From an uncultured Dehalococcoidia bacterium (GTDB taxonomy: Bacteria > Chloroflexota > Dehalococcoidia > SM23-28-2 > RBG-16-64-32), in the NCBI GenBank assembly GCA_964558415.1, contig CAZLDI010000007.1, forward strand, positions 75,898 to 139,897: a stretch of DNA of 64,000 nucleotides, in the 5' to 3' direction. The notes beneath the pieces are model-generated. The model was not told the DNA's origin, did not search any database, and saw only the letters and a list, made by a program, of their open reading frames with translations. Below are positions 25,245 through 35,419 of the stretch, in pieces (position 1 is the first letter of the stretch; each line of letters starts with the position of its first letter). A program made the translations under genes and the position numbers.

Positions 25245-25478
25245 TCAGGGGGTGGGGGCGGGCTCTACCGGTGAGCCGGCCGGGGCTTCTATTTCAACTT
25301 CCACATAGGGGTTACCGTAGCGGTCACGCTTCATCTCGGCAGCGCGCACCCGACCACGGAAGAGGCGGTTGCCCTCCCAGTAGGACATCTCCTGACCGAC
25401 GAGCGTCGGCACGAAGGCTTTGATGCCTTTTTCGTCGAAGGCGAAGCGCAGATCGAGGGTCGACATTCTGTAGAACAT
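25245..25478 (-). CDS. hypothetical small protein
   Basis: ORF with GC3 bias and no recognised family. The start (MFYRM or MSTLD) is uncertain. Confidence 0.3.
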   Translation of the reverse strand: MFYRMSTLDLRFAFDEKGIKAFVPTLVGQEMSYWEGNRLFRGRVRAAEMKRDRYGNPYVEVEIEAPAGSPVEPAPTP

Positions 25479-25713
25479 GATAGGACGATTGGAGGTTACA
25501 GGCCAGAATACCGGGCAAGGGCACACACTCTCAGGTCCGGCCGGTGTGGCGTGGTTCACGGCGTGACGTATAATGGCGCCTGGTAGTTAGCAGAGGCGAC
25601 GTCTCGGGCTGCCCGGGCAGCCACACGAGTTATCGGCCACCCCACCAAGGCGGCGGCCGCGAAGAACCCAAGGAACCTAAATCGAATAGAGCAACGACTG
25701 TAGGGAGGTCGCT

Positions 25714-26817
25714 ATGAAGATTCTACAGATCGCCCCGCTGTGGGAGTCGGTGCCACCCGTCCGCTACGGAGGGACGGAAGCCGTGGTACACCTGCTGGTT
25801 GAGGAGCTGGTGAAGCTGGGACATGAGGTAACATTATGGGCGTCCGGGGACTCCCGGACGTCGGCGACGCTTCGCTCGTGTTACCCGGTGAGCCTGCGGA
25901 CCGCGCAAGGGATCGAAAATAAGGCTCCATACGCGTGGCAACATGCGTCGCTAGCGCTTTCGGAGGCGGGGGAATACGACATCGTTCACAACCACGCGGG
26001 TGAGGAGGTAATGGCCCTCTCGCACTTGATACCGGACATTGCGATGCTAACGACGATGCACTGCCTCATCACTACGGACACGAAGTTTGTCTGGGACCGG
26101 TACCGGGGGTGCTACAACAACATCAGCTGGTCGCAGCGCCGCCTGATGCCCAAGGTGTCTGGAGGCCGGTGCGTCGGCGTGGTCTATAACGGGATAGACG
26201 TGGGAAGCTTCCCGTTCCAGGCGAAGAAGGAGGATTTCCTACTGTTTCTGGGGCGCATCTCTGCGGAGAAGGGCCCGCATTTGGCGGTAGAGGTGGCTCG
26301 CCGCGCCGGGAAGCGGCTGGTCATCGCCGGGAAAGTGGACCCAGCGGACCGCGAATTCCATAGGACAGTGGTGGAGCCACTTATTGACGGGGACAGAGTG
26401 GTGTTCATGGGAGAGGCCGACGGGAAGCTCAAGCGCGAGCTCTACCGCAGGGCATCCTGCCTGCTGATGCCAATTATGTGGGACGAGCCGTTCGGCCTCG
26501 TAATGGCCGAGGCGATGGCTTGCGGCACACCAGTTGTGGTAGCGAACAGAGGAGCAGCGGCCGAGATTGTATGCGACGGGAAGACGGGATTCGTGGTCGG
26601 CACAATCGACGCGATGGTGGCCGCCCTGAAGAATATTTCCGAGATAGATCCGGTGCAATGCCGGGCGCACGTGAGCGCGACATTCGACGGGCCGGCGATG
26701 GCGAGCGCTTATGTGAGGGTGTACGAGGCGATCCTGAAAGGGCGACGCATGGCGAGCGGCCAGGTGGGGCCGAAGCGGAACGGGAACGAAGCGGCACCGG
26801 CGATTCGGGTAGCGTGA
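25714..26817 (+). CDS. GT4-family glycosyltransferase
   Basis: MKILQIAPLWESVPPVRYGGTEAVVHLLVEEL, with a C-terminal EPFGLV motif. RBS GGGAGG upstream. Confidence 0.85.
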   Translation: MKILQIAPLWESVPPVRYGGTEAVVHLLVEELVKLGHEVTLWASGDSRTSATLRSCYPVSLRTAQGIENKAPYAWQHASLALSEAGEYDIVHNHAGEEVMALSHLIPDIAMLTTMHCLITTDTKFVWDRYRGCYNNISWSQRRLMPKVSGGRCVGVVYNGIDVGSFPFQAKKEDFLLFLGRISAEKGPHLAVEVARRAGKRLVIAGKVDPADREFHRTVVEPLIDGDRVVFMGEADGKLKRELYRRASCLLMPIMWDEPFGLVMAEAMACGTPVVVANRGAAAEIVCDGKTGFVVGTIDAMVAALKNISEIDPVQCRAHVSATFDGPAMASAYVRVYEAILKGRRMASGQVGPKRNGNEAAPAIRVA

Positions 26818-26869
26818 GATGATCTCCGGCAGCCGCACGATGTTTTCGACACTGGCAAACGCTGAATAG

Positions 26870-29119
26870 ATGGCCAAGCCCGCGGGTATGGAGCGACCAG
26901 TCATTCCCGCAGAATCTCAGCCTCAGACGACGCTGTTGCCCGAGGCTGAGCCGATGGCCGTCCAGGACATCCGCGATGCGCTGGTTATCCGAGAACGAGA
27001 CCTGTTTCTGCTGACGGACACCGCAGGGCAAGTGCCCCTGGGAAACAGCGACGGGTACGGGCTGTACTACGCGGATACCCGCTATCTGTCCGCGTATGAG
27101 TTTTCATTTGCCGGCACAACGCCGCTGGTGCTGCTTTCGACAGCTGAGCTGGGGTACAGCTCAGAGCAGGTGCTGACGAACCCGTCGATGGTGGATACCG
27201 AGGGCCAATCTGTGCCGAGGGGGACGATAGAAGTGCGCCGGGTGAGGGTACTCGAGGACGTCATGGAAGAGACGGTGCGCACTACGAACTACAATGCCTA
27301 TCCTGTGGAGCTGGACCTGACGCTGCGGATCGCGGCGGATTTTGCCGATATTTTCGAGGTGCGTGGGTACCAGCGCGAGCTCCGAGGTGCCTTCTATCAA
27401 CCGGTATGGCGGCAGTCGGAGTTGGCCCTGGCCTACAAGGGGCGCGACGGGCGCAAGAGAGAGACGCTGCTCTCGTTCGAGCCGGGGCCCCGATCAGTGC
27501 AGAGACACTTCGAGATGTCAGTGGTGAACTTCCGGGTGTCGCTTGGGCCGCGAACGAGCGAGACGATCCGGGTGCTGGTGAGCATGGACGGCCGGCTCGA
27601 AATCGCCCGTGAAGCTGAGCGATTCTCGGTGGTTAAGAGGGAGTACGAGGCGTGGTTCCTGGATGCGACCCGCATTGAGACAGATAACGCGTTCTTCAAC
27701 GCAGTTTTGGAGCGCTCTCTGACCGACCTGCGAATGCTGTGGAACCACGGCAGCGCGGGGACGGGCTATCCCGCAGCCGGCACGCCGTGGTTCGACACGT
27801 TGTTCGGTCGAGACTCTGCCGTAGTGGGGCTTCAGACGCTGGCGCTAAAGCCAGCGATCGCCCGCGACTGTCTCGTTTCGCTGGCTCGCTGGCAGGGCAA
27901 GAAGTTCGACTCATGGCGGGACGAAGAGCCCGGTAAGATACTCCACGAGCTTCGGCAGGGTGAACTGACGAGTACCGGCGAGTTGCCATTTTCGCCGTAC
28001 TTCGGGAGCGTGGATTCGACACCGCTGTTCCTGTGGCTGGCGGGCGAGTATTTCGCGTGGACCGGGGACACGGGCCTGCTCTCGCAGCTGGAGACGAATC
28101 TGCGCGCTGCCGTGCATTGGCTAACGCAGTATGGGGACAGTAATGGGGACGGATATCTCGATTACGAGAAGCGTTCCAGCCGGGGGCTGGTGAACCAGGG
28201 CTGGAAGGACTCCGGAGACTCTATCTGTCACGCGGACGGAAGCCCGGTAGAGCCACCGGTGACCCTCGTGGAGGTACAAGGTTACGTATACGCCGCGCTG
28301 GGTCGCCTAGCACAGCTCTTCCTGGCGCTGGGGGACGGGGTTTTCGCGCAAGAGCTTGCCCAGCGCGCGAAGGCGATGGAGCGGCGGTTCAATCAGGAGT
28401 TCTGGCTCGACGAAGGGTGCTTCGCCCTGGCACTGGACGGGACGGGACGGCAAGCGGCCTCGATTACGTCGAACGCGGGGCACGCGCTGTGGAGCGCGAT
28501 CGCGCGTCGCCCCCGCGGCAAGCAGGTGGTGGAACGGCTCATGGCAGGCGATATGTTCTCAGGATGGGGCGTTCGAACGTTGAGCGCCGAATCGCCGAGA
28601 TTCAATCCGCTTGGATATCACCTGGGAACGGTGTGGCCACACGACAACTCGATAATTGCGATGGGGTTCAAACGTTACGGCTTCGAGGACGAGCTCAACG
28701 AACTCGCGACCGCTCTATTCGACGCCGCACGCGCGTTTCCGTACTACCGGCTACCCGAGTTGTTCGCGGGCACTGAGCGTTCAGCGCACCAGGCCCCCGT
28801 TCCATACCCGGTTGCCTGTCGGCCGCAGGCCTGGGCGGCGGGCGCGTTTCCGCTCATCATACAGGCGATCCTGGGCCTCTGTCCCGACGCACCGAACGGC
28901 CGGCTACTGGTCGTACAGCCGAAGCTACCGGCGTGGCTGAAGCAGGTGCGTGTGGAGGGGATGCGGATTGGAAGCGGGGAAGTGGACCTGACCTATGAGC
29001 TGCATGGAAAGCGAACCCGGGTGGAGGTGACGAGAAAGTCGCGCGGCATCTCCGTTGAGCAAAGACGGACATGGCCGCGGATGAGTGCCATCGCGCGCGA
29101 ATATACTGGCAGCTCTTGA
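26870..29119 (+). CDS. amylo-alpha-1,6-glucosidase / glycogen-debranching-enzyme-like glycoside hydrolase
   Basis: GDE N-terminal and C-terminal (alpha/alpha)6 barrel signatures (WFDTLFGRDS..., GWKDSGDS). 749 aa. Confidence 0.75.
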   Translation: MAKPAGMERPVIPAESQPQTTLLPEAEPMAVQDIRDALVIRERDLFLLTDTAGQVPLGNSDGYGLYYADTRYLSAYEFSFAGTTPLVLLSTAELGYSSEQVLTNPSMVDTEGQSVPRGTIEVRRVRVLEDVMEETVRTTNYNAYPVELDLTLRIAADFADIFEVRGYQRELRGAFYQPVWRQSELALAYKGRDGRKRETLLSFEPGPRSVQRHFEMSVVNFRVSLGPRTSETIRVLVSMDGRLEIAREAERFSVVKREYEAWFLDATRIETDNAFFNAVLERSLTDLRMLWNHGSAGTGYPAAGTPWFDTLFGRDSAVVGLQTLALKPAIARDCLVSLARWQGKKFDSWRDEEPGKILHELRQGELTSTGELPFSPYFGSVDSTPLFLWLAGEYFAWTGDTGLLSQLETNLRAAVHWLTQYGDSNGDGYLDYEKRSSRGLVNQGWKDSGDSICHADGSPVEPPVTLVEVQGYVYAALGRLAQLFLALGDGVFAQELAQRAKAMERRFNQEFWLDEGCFALALDGTGRQAASITSNAGHALWSAIARRPRGKQVVERLMAGDMFSGWGVRTLSAESPRFNPLGYHLGTVWPHDNSIIAMGFKRYGFEDELNELATALFDAARAFPYYRLPELFAGTERSAHQAPVPYPVACRPQAWAAGAFPLIIQAILGLCPDAPNGRLLVVQPKLPAWLKQVRVEGMRIGSGEVDLTYELHGKRTRVEVTRKSRGISVEQRRTWPRMSAIAREYTGSS

Positions 29120-29154
29120 CGCGAGCCGAGGCACACATCCATAGTGTGGGCTTG

Positions 29155-29964
29155 ATGTCTGAGAAACCCTTACTGGACCAGATCGCCGTGGTTACGGGCG
29201 CGAGCAGGGGGATCGGGCGGCAGATCGCGATCGATTTCGCGAAGGCAGGGGCGGACGTGGTGGTGACGGCGCGTACGAGCGAAAGTGCGCCCGCGAAGTT
29301 GCCCGGGACGATCGAGCAGACGGCGCGAGAGGTGGAGGCGGAAGGCAGGCGGGCGCTGGCGTTGCAGGTGGACGTATCGAGCCAGGAGCAGATCGAGGAG
29401 ATGGCACGGCGGACGCTGGCGACGTTCGGCCGGTGCGACATCCTGGTGAACAATGCCGGAATCAGCGCGCCTGCACCGTTTCACGAGACGCCGCTGAAGC
29501 GCTGGGACCTGGTGTTTAACGTGAACCTGCGCGGGCCGGTGATCTGCATGCAGGCGTTCGTTCCGGGGATGCTCGAGCGCAAGAGCGGGCGGATCATCAA
29601 TATCTCCTCGATGCTGGCGGCGGCGCGGCTGCCGGGTATGGTCTCGTACTCGGCGTCAAAGGTGGCGCTAGAGACGCTTACGCAGTATTCGGGAGAGGAG
29701 CTTCAGCCGCACGGAATCGCCGTGAACGCGCTGCGGATCGAGTTGATGATCGCGACGGAGGGCTGGACGTTCCGCAATCCGGGGATGGACTTCTCGGACT
29801 GGGACAAGCCGGAGGCGGCGTCCGAGGCGGCGCTATGGATCGCGACTCAGCCGGCGTCGTACACGGGTCAAGTCGTCACGATAGGACAGGCACAGGCGGC
29901 GATGGGGAAGGCGAACCCGGTGGTGTCACGCGTAGGAGACTTCGAGAAGTACAGACCGCGGTAG
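29155..29964 (+). CDS. SDR-family oxidoreductase
   Basis: TGASRGIGRQIA cofactor motif and YSASK catalytic motif. Confidence 0.85.
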   Translation: MSEKPLLDQIAVVTGASRGIGRQIAIDFAKAGADVVVTARTSESAPAKLPGTIEQTAREVEAEGRRALALQVDVSSQEQIEEMARRTLATFGRCDILVNNAGISAPAPFHETPLKRWDLVFNVNLRGPVICMQAFVPGMLERKSGRIINISSMLAAARLPGMVSYSASKVALETLTQYSGEELQPHGIAVNALRIELMIATEGWTFRNPGMDFSDWDKPEAASEAALWIATQPASYTGQVVTIGQAQAAMGKANPVVSRVGDFEKYRPR

Positions 29965-30065
29965 TTGATTAGCCGATAGAGACGCCCGACTAGTCGGGAT
30001 CACCGCCCGTCACCGAGGCTGGCGTCAGGCGCAGCAGCAGCAACAGGGTGGCGGTGGCCCCGACC

Positions 30066-31013
30066 TTACGGTGCCCAGATGTCGCGGAAGACGTACCATT
30101 GCTCCGGGTAGCGGCGGACGTAGGACTCAAAGGCCGCAGCCAGGCGGCGCGTGAGCCGGGCGATGTCCTCTTCGGCGCTCAACTCTTTATTCGAGACCAG
30201 CGGGGGCTCGATGTGAGCAATGAAGCGACCACCCGGACGACGCGCGGCCACGGCGAATATAAGCGGGGCGCCGCTGAGACGGGCAAGGCGGGCGGGGCCT
30301 GCGGGGAAGACGGTGGGCTTGCCGAAGAAGCTGATCGGCACGCCATCGGAACGATCCAGGGCGATGTCGAGGACGAAGGCGACCATCTCGCGGCGGCGCA
30401 GGCTGCGCAGCAAGCGGATGCCCGCGCCATGGGCGGGCACTAGCGTCACGCCCATGCGGGCGCGGCAGGCCTGGGCCCAGTCCATGATCGCGGGCGGGCC
30501 AAAGCGTTCGGTGACGGCGGTGATCTTGTAGCCACGCATGATGGCGATGGCGGCGGCGACCTCCGCGCTGCCCATGTGGGCGCTGGCGAAGATGATCCCC
30601 TTACCATGCGACTCGGCGTCGTCGAAGTGCTCCTCGCCCCTGACTTCCAGGCGGTCGAGCACGGTATTGTTGTCCCAGCCCTGGACGTGAATGATCTCGG
30701 CGATGTACCGAGCGAAGTGACGGAAGCAACGACGGGCGGCCCGCTCGACGGCGGGATTGGTTATGTCGAGACCCAGGATGCGCGCGTAGTTGCGGAGCGC
30801 CTTCTGTCGCTTGCTGTGCCAGACGGCGTAGGCGAAGTCGCCCCAAGGGATGGCGAAGCGGCGCGCAAGTTCGAACGGGATGAGCGGGATGCCGCTGCGG
30901 TTGAGGACGTACAGGGGGGGACCGCCAAGCAGGCGCGTATGCAAAGGCTGGGTAGCTGGGGCCGAGCGCGCGGGGGTTTGGTCGCCCCGCTCATGGTTCG
31001 ACGGGCTCACCAT
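30066..31013 (-). CDS. lysophospholipid / lipid A (HtrB/PIM-type) acyltransferase, LPLAT family
   Basis: Lauroyl/myristoyl acyltransferase-like protein with an HxxxxD-type region (ASAHMGSAE). Confidence 0.7.
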   Translation of the reverse strand: MVSPSNHERGDQTPARSAPATQPLHTRLLGGPPLYVLNRSGIPLIPFELARRFAIPWGDFAYAVWHSKRQKALRNYARILGLDITNPAVERAARRCFRHFARYIAEIIHVQGWDNNTVLDRLEVRGEEHFDDAESHGKGIIFASAHMGSAEVAAAIAIMRGYKITAVTERFGPPAIMDWAQACRARMGVTLVPAHGAGIRLLRSLRRREMVAFVLDIALDRSDGVPISFFGKPTVFPAGPARLARLSGAPLIFAVAARRPGGRFIAHIEPPLVSNKELSAEEDIARLTRRLAAAFESYVRRYPEQWYVFRDIWAP

Positions 31014-31100
31014 GAGGGGGAGAGAGCGGAATGCGGGGGTGGGGCGATGGCGGGTGGCCACGGGGACAAGCGACGAACGGGCGACCACGCCGGGCCGCCC

Positions 31101-31568
31101 CTACGCAGTGGCGCCACCGCGGTAGGAGATTTCGAGCTCGTGGACGCGGTGGTTGGGGACGCGGAGAAAGAGGGCGGTTGCCTCTGCCAGAATCTCGCCT
31201 GAGAGAGTGAGGATTTTGGCCTCGGCTTCAAGGCGGCGCCCGCGGTCTCTAACCACCTGAGCCGTGACGGCTAGCTCCTGGCCGAGGGGGAGCGGTCTGC
31301 GATATTTGACCTCCATGCGGGCGGTCATGGCCCAGGCTCCGGCAGCATACATGGCCCAGCCCATCGCTTCGTCCATCGCGGCGGCGGCGATTCCTCCGTG
31401 GGCGAGGCCGGGGAAACCCTGATGGGTAGCCCGCGCGAAGAAGCGGCCGCTCACGACGAGGCCAGCGACTTCGAACTCGATATGGAGCCCTTCGGGGTTG
31501 CGGTCTCCACAGCCGTAGCACATGTGGCGAGGGCTGCCATCCAGTTCGTCCCCGAGACCTTGCGTCAT
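31101..31568 (-). CDS. PaaI/hotdog-fold thioesterase family protein
   Basis: Hotdog-fold pattern (HGGIAAAAMDEAMG). Confidence 0.7.
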   Translation of the reverse strand: MTQGLGDELDGSPRHMCYGCGDRNPEGLHIEFEVAGLVVSGRFFARATHQGFPGLAHGGIAAAAMDEAMGWAMYAAGAWAMTARMEVKYRRPLPLGQELAVTAQVVRDRGRRLEAEAKILTLSGEILAEATALFLRVPNHRVHELEISYRGGATA

Positions 31569-31595
31569 TGGGGATAGCCTGCGACCGGAACCGCT

Positions 31596-31677
31596 TGACC
31601 CACCGCGCCTCCGCCACCCGGATTCCTTCGCGGCAAGCGGGGTCGGCGCGTTCCACTGGATGGGCGCTCAGAATGAC
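31596..31677 (+). repeat. REP-like dispersed repeat copy
   Basis: ACCCACCGCGCCTCCGCCACCCGGATTCCTTCGCGGCAAG...GGGCGCTCAGAATGAC. Confidence 0.75.
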
Positions 31678-31683
31678 GTGGGT

Positions 31684-32925
31684 TCATGCAGGCGCGAACT
31701 CCTTGAAGGCGATGACGCCGTTCTGGCCGCCGAAGCCGAAGCCGTTGGCGATGGCGACACGCACGGGCCTGCGGGCGGCGGTCAGCGGCGTGTAGTCCAG
31801 GTCGCAGTCGGTGTCGGGCGTCTCGAGGTTGATCGTGGGCGGAACGACGCCTTCGCAGATCGCCTTGATCGCGGTCAGGGCAGAGATGGCACCGGCTGCG
31901 CCGAGCTGATGGCCTACCATGGATTTGGGCCCGGTGACCGCCACGCTGTAGGCGTGATCGCCGAGAGCGCGCTTGATGGCGGTGGTCTCGGCGGCATCGT
32001 TAAGGGGGGTGCCAGTACCGTGGGCCACGACGCAGTCCACGTCCTGCGGCCGGAGGTCAGACTTCTTGAGCGCGCGCGTAATCGCCGTTGCCGCGGCGTC
32101 GCCGGTCGGGTCTGGCGCGGTGATGTGGTAGGCATCTGAAGTGATCGCGCCCCCAGCAAGCTCGGCATAGATGCGGGCGCCTCGTCGCCGCGCGTGTTCG
32201 AGCGTCTCGATGATCATTGCGGCGGAACCTTCGCCGTAGACGAAGCCGTCACGGTCGCGGTCGAACGGGCGGCAGGCGCGTTCGGGTTCGTCGTTTCGGG
32301 TCGAGAGGGCGCGCAGGTTGGCCATGGCGGCGATAGAGATCGGGATGATGTTGGCCTCCGCGCCGCCCGCGATCACGACTTCCGTCTCCTCGAGGTCCAA
32401 CAGTCGCTTGGCGTCGACAAAGGCGAAGATACCGGCTGCACAAGCCGCCACGGAGGTAATGGTTGGGCCGCGGACGCCAAGGTTGATCGCCACCTGGCAC
32501 GACGCCATGTTGGGGGCCATCGCTGGCACGGTGAGCGGCCCAACGCGGGCGGCGCCCTTTTCGAGGTACGTCTTTTCGCCGTCCGCAATGACGTCGACGC
32601 CGCCACCGCCGGTGTTCATCACGATGGCGATGTCATCTCGGTTCCGGTGGTTGATTGTGAGGCACGAGTCTTCTACGGCCTGACGGGCGGCGGCAACGGC
32701 GAACTGGGAGAAGCGCGCGGCGCGTTTTGCGGCCTTCGAGTCCATGTAGCGGGCCGGGTCCCAGTCTTTGACCTCGGCGGCGATCCGACAGTCCTGATCG
32801 CTGGCGTCGAACAGGGAGATATGCTTGACTCCGGAGACGCCGGAGGTCAGGTTGTGCCAGAACTCACTGACCGTGTGTCCGATTGGGGTTATGCAGCCAA
32901 GCCCCGTGACGACGGCGCGGACCAT
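31684..32925 (-). CDS. fabF: 3-oxoacyl-ACP synthase II
   Basis: MVRAVVTGLGCITPIG, the active-site Cys region, and the HGTGT / GH catalytic triad motifs. Confidence 0.92.
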   Translation of the reverse strand: MVRAVVTGLGCITPIGHTVSEFWHNLTSGVSGVKHISLFDASDQDCRIAAEVKDWDPARYMDSKAAKRAARFSQFAVAAARQAVEDSCLTINHRNRDDIAIVMNTGGGGVDVIADGEKTYLEKGAARVGPLTVPAMAPNMASCQVAINLGVRGPTITSVAACAAGIFAFVDAKRLLDLEETEVVIAGGAEANIIPISIAAMANLRALSTRNDEPERACRPFDRDRDGFVYGEGSAAMIIETLEHARRRGARIYAELAGGAITSDAYHITAPDPTGDAAATAITRALKKSDLRPQDVDCVVAHGTGTPLNDAAETTAIKRALGDHAYSVAVTGPKSMVGHQLGAAGAISALTAIKAICEGVVPPTINLETPDTDCDLDYTPLTAARRPVRVAIANGFGFGGQNGVIAFKEFAPA

Positions 32926-33347
32926 TAGCCGCGGCACTCCTCGAGGCCGGGAACGAACACGAGGCGCCAAGTTGTGACGACGCCTTCAGATTTGGAGACG
33001 AAAACCCACTCGGTTTCACGCTCCTGGCCGTCGACCAGCTGTACCACGATGGTGCGAGCTTCGTCGCCGACGAAATCAACGGACTTGACGCGTTGGAAGC
33101 CGTCCGGGACGTACTCTTGTGCAAGGGCAGTCACGAGATCAGCTGATATGCATCGCTGGGTGATCTCCGGTGCGAGGTAGTCGTAAAGACCCTCGGGGCC
33201 GTCGGCGGCGTAGGCGTTCGTCGCGAGTTCGGCGACGCCGGCGATCTGGCGAACACGTTCGTCATCAGGTAGATCGCCGCCACCGCCGCTGCAGGCGAGA
33301 GTGATGGCGAGAGGGGCTAGAGCTGCAGTCAAGAGGCCGACCTTCAC
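32925..33347 (-). CDS. hypothetical lipoprotein embedded in the FAS-II-like operon
   Basis: Signal peptide plus lipobox LACS. No known family. Confidence 0.5.
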   Translation of the reverse strand: MKVGLLTAALAPLAITLACSGGGGDLPDDERVRQIAGVAELATNAYAADGPEGLYDYLAPEITQRCISADLVTALAQEYVPDGFQRVKSVDFVGDEARTIVVQLVDGQERETEWVFVSKSEGVVTTWRLVFVPGLEECRG

Positions 33348-33748
33348 ACGGTTACCGATGCTTCGCCGGAGATGAGCAACTCACCCGCCGGATTACGACA
33401 TTCGACCTCGCAGACGGTCAAGGGGCCGTCCACGCGGATTACGCGGCCGGACGCTGTGACTGAATCACCGGGGCGACCGGGCGCGCGCAGGCGGACTTTG
33501 AGGTGTCCGGAGGCAGGCCAAGCCTTTCCGAAAGCGGCTGTGAGCATCTCCGAGATATAAGCGAGGACGAGCATGCCGTGGGCGATCGTGCCACCGAACT
33601 GAGTGCCGGCGGCGAACGTGGGGTCCGTGTGGAGCGGGTTGTGATCGCCGCTCGCGGCGGCATAGTCGTTGATCCTATCCTGCGTGATGATGCGCGTGAC
33701 GCCAGGCAGCTCATCGCCGATCTGAAACGAGCGAACGCCCGCCTGCAT
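33344..33748 (-). CDS. MaoC-like (3R)-hydroxyacyl-ACP dehydratase, HadB-like catalytic subunit
   Basis: Hydratase-2 motif DHNPLHTDPTFA. 134 aa. Confidence 0.75.
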   Translation of the reverse strand: MQAGVRSFQIGDELPGVTRIITQDRINDYAAASGDHNPLHTDPTFAAGTQFGGTIAHGMLVLAYISEMLTAAFGKAWPASGHLKVRLRAPGRPGDSVTASGRVIRVDGPLTVCEVECRNPAGELLISGEASVTV

Positions 33749-34149
33749 CAGGACGCCTCGGTCGGGAAACTGAGCATGGCGCGGCCGGTCATGACGAGGC
33801 CGCCGGATTCGTCGGTAACGGCGACGCTGATGCCCATCAGGACCCAGCCCTGGCGCTCCCCCCGGCTAGTGATGTCCAGGCGCGTAAGCAGACGCTCGCC
33901 CACGCGAACGCTGCGGTGGAACGACAACTCCTGGCCTACGTGTAAAGCGCCAGGAGGGAGGACTGTGCGGTCTAGCAGGGCGCTCACAGACAGCGCGGCC
34001 ACTTCCAGCGGCGGAACGATATCGCCCAGCCGGTCAATTGCACCGTCTTCGACGGCTGAGACGTAGGCGGACACGGCCTGCGGTGATAGGTGATAGGTGG
34101 TGTCCGGGAAACGGTAGCCCCTGCGCGCAGTCTCCAGAAGGGAGGGCAT
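33748..34149 (-). CDS. HadA/UPF0336-like hotdog protein (non-catalytic partner of HadB)
   Basis: 133-aa hotdog-like protein lacking the hydratase motif. It lies immediately upstream of the HadB-like gene, as hadA does in mycobacteria. Confidence 0.55.
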   Translation of the reverse strand: MPSLLETARRGYRFPDTTYHLSPQAVSAYVSAVEDGAIDRLGDIVPPLEVAALSVSALLDRTVLPPGALHVGQELSFHRSVRVGERLLTRLDITSRGERQGWVLMGISVAVTDESGGLVMTGRAMLSFPTEAS

Positions 34150-34156
34150 GGAGGGT

Positions 34157-34528
34157 TCAGCTTCGCCCGGCGAACCGTGACATGTCTATAACGCGGCGCT
34201 CGTGCAGGCCTTCGCCGATCTTCGCGCCGGTCTCGTTATAGGCTTCGACCTCGAAGACTACTTTGCGGCCGTCCTGCTCTTTGACGCGCCCTTTTATGGT
34301 GACCTTCATGCCGATGGGCGTGGCGGCCATGTGCTTCAGATCGACGCGGTAACCGACGGAGCTTTCGCCGGAATCCTGGAAGGGGATCAGCATCTTGAGG
34401 CAGAGTCCCTCGATGTGAGCGACCATCGTCGGTGTGGAGTACATGGGGACAGGGAGGTGCTTAACGCCCATGTCCGGGGTAGTGTCGATGACCATCTCGT
34501 CGCTGGTGCCCTGCGGGATGTCTTTCAT
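34157..34528 (-). CDS. hotdog-fold thioesterase-like protein
   Basis: 123 aa with a thioesterase-superfamily pattern. Confidence 0.55.
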   Translation of the reverse strand: MKDIPQGTSDEMVIDTTPDMGVKHLPVPMYSTPTMVAHIEGLCLKMLIPFQDSGESSVGYRVDLKHMAATPIGMKVTIKGRVKEQDGRKVVFEVEAYNETGAKIGEGLHERRVIDMSRFAGRS

Positions 34529-34647
34529 GCTGCCTCCACCTTGTTCTCAACCGGACTCAGTATAAGGGAGGCACGAAGCGTCAAAGCAACACGCCGGTAG
34601 GCGCATGCCAGCGAACGCTGGCCTGACGGATGCTAGAATCGCACGTG

Positions 34648-34968
34648 ATGGCGAAGGTAACTATCTTGCCCCTGGAAGAGACGGTGGAGGCAGCGCTGGG
34701 GCAGACGATCATGGAGGCGGCCTGGGCGCACGGGCTGTACTGGCCGACGACGTGCGGGGGGCAGGGGATCTGCACGACGTGCGCTTGCACCGTGAACCAA
34801 GGTGCGGAAAACCTGGATGAGATGGGCCGCGCCGAGCGCAAGACTTTGGCAGAGGAGCTTGGAGAAGGCGCCATTCGGGTACGCTCCCTGCGGTTGGCCT
34901 GTCAGGCGCGCGTAAGGGGGGATGTGACGGTCACGAAGCGGGGCGTGCGGCCGGAGGAGCCTGTCTGA
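34648..34968 (+). CDS. 2Fe-2S ferredoxin
   Basis: CGGQGICTTCAC...C motif. Confidence 0.8.
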   Translation: MAKVTILPLEETVEAALGQTIMEAAWAHGLYWPTTCGGQGICTTCACTVNQGAENLDEMGRAERKTLAEELGEGAIRVRSLRLACQARVRGDVTVTKRGVRPEEPV

Positions 34969-35019
34969 GATTGTCGTGGTTGTCGATGAGGGGTAAAATC
35001 GTAACGATCAGGGCGTAAT

Positions 35020-35301
35020 ATGACATACGTCATCACGGAACCATGCATCGGGACAAAGGATGCATCCTGCGTGGATGTCTGTCCCGTGGATTGCATCTAC
35101 ACGAGTGAGGATGATCCACAGTACTACATCGACCCTGACACCTGCATCGACTGCGCGGCGTGCGAGCCTGTCTGTCCCGTGACTGCGATTTTCTTTGAGG
35201 ACGACGTGCCGGAACAGTGGAAGAACTACACCGAGATCAACGCCGAGTGGTTCAAGAACAAAGATACAGGCGGGTTCCGGGCGCGCACTGAGCGCCACTA
35301 A
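35020..35301 (+). CDS. fdxA: 7Fe ferredoxin ([3Fe-4S][4Fe-4S])
   Basis: MTYVITEPCIGTKDASCVDVCPVDCI...CIDCAACEPVCPV. Confidence 0.9.
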   Translation: MTYVITEPCIGTKDASCVDVCPVDCIYTSEDDPQYYIDPDTCIDCAACEPVCPVTAIFFEDDVPEQWKNYTEINAEWFKNKDTGGFRARTERH

Positions 35302-35419
35302 GCCATCGCCAGCGTTAACAACGCTGTAACGTCTGCTTCTTGACGAATCGCCAAATCGCCTCTATTCTCTACTATGCCAGCTATAAACGCCCTTAATAGC
35401 TAGCAGGAGGTTCCGCCCC

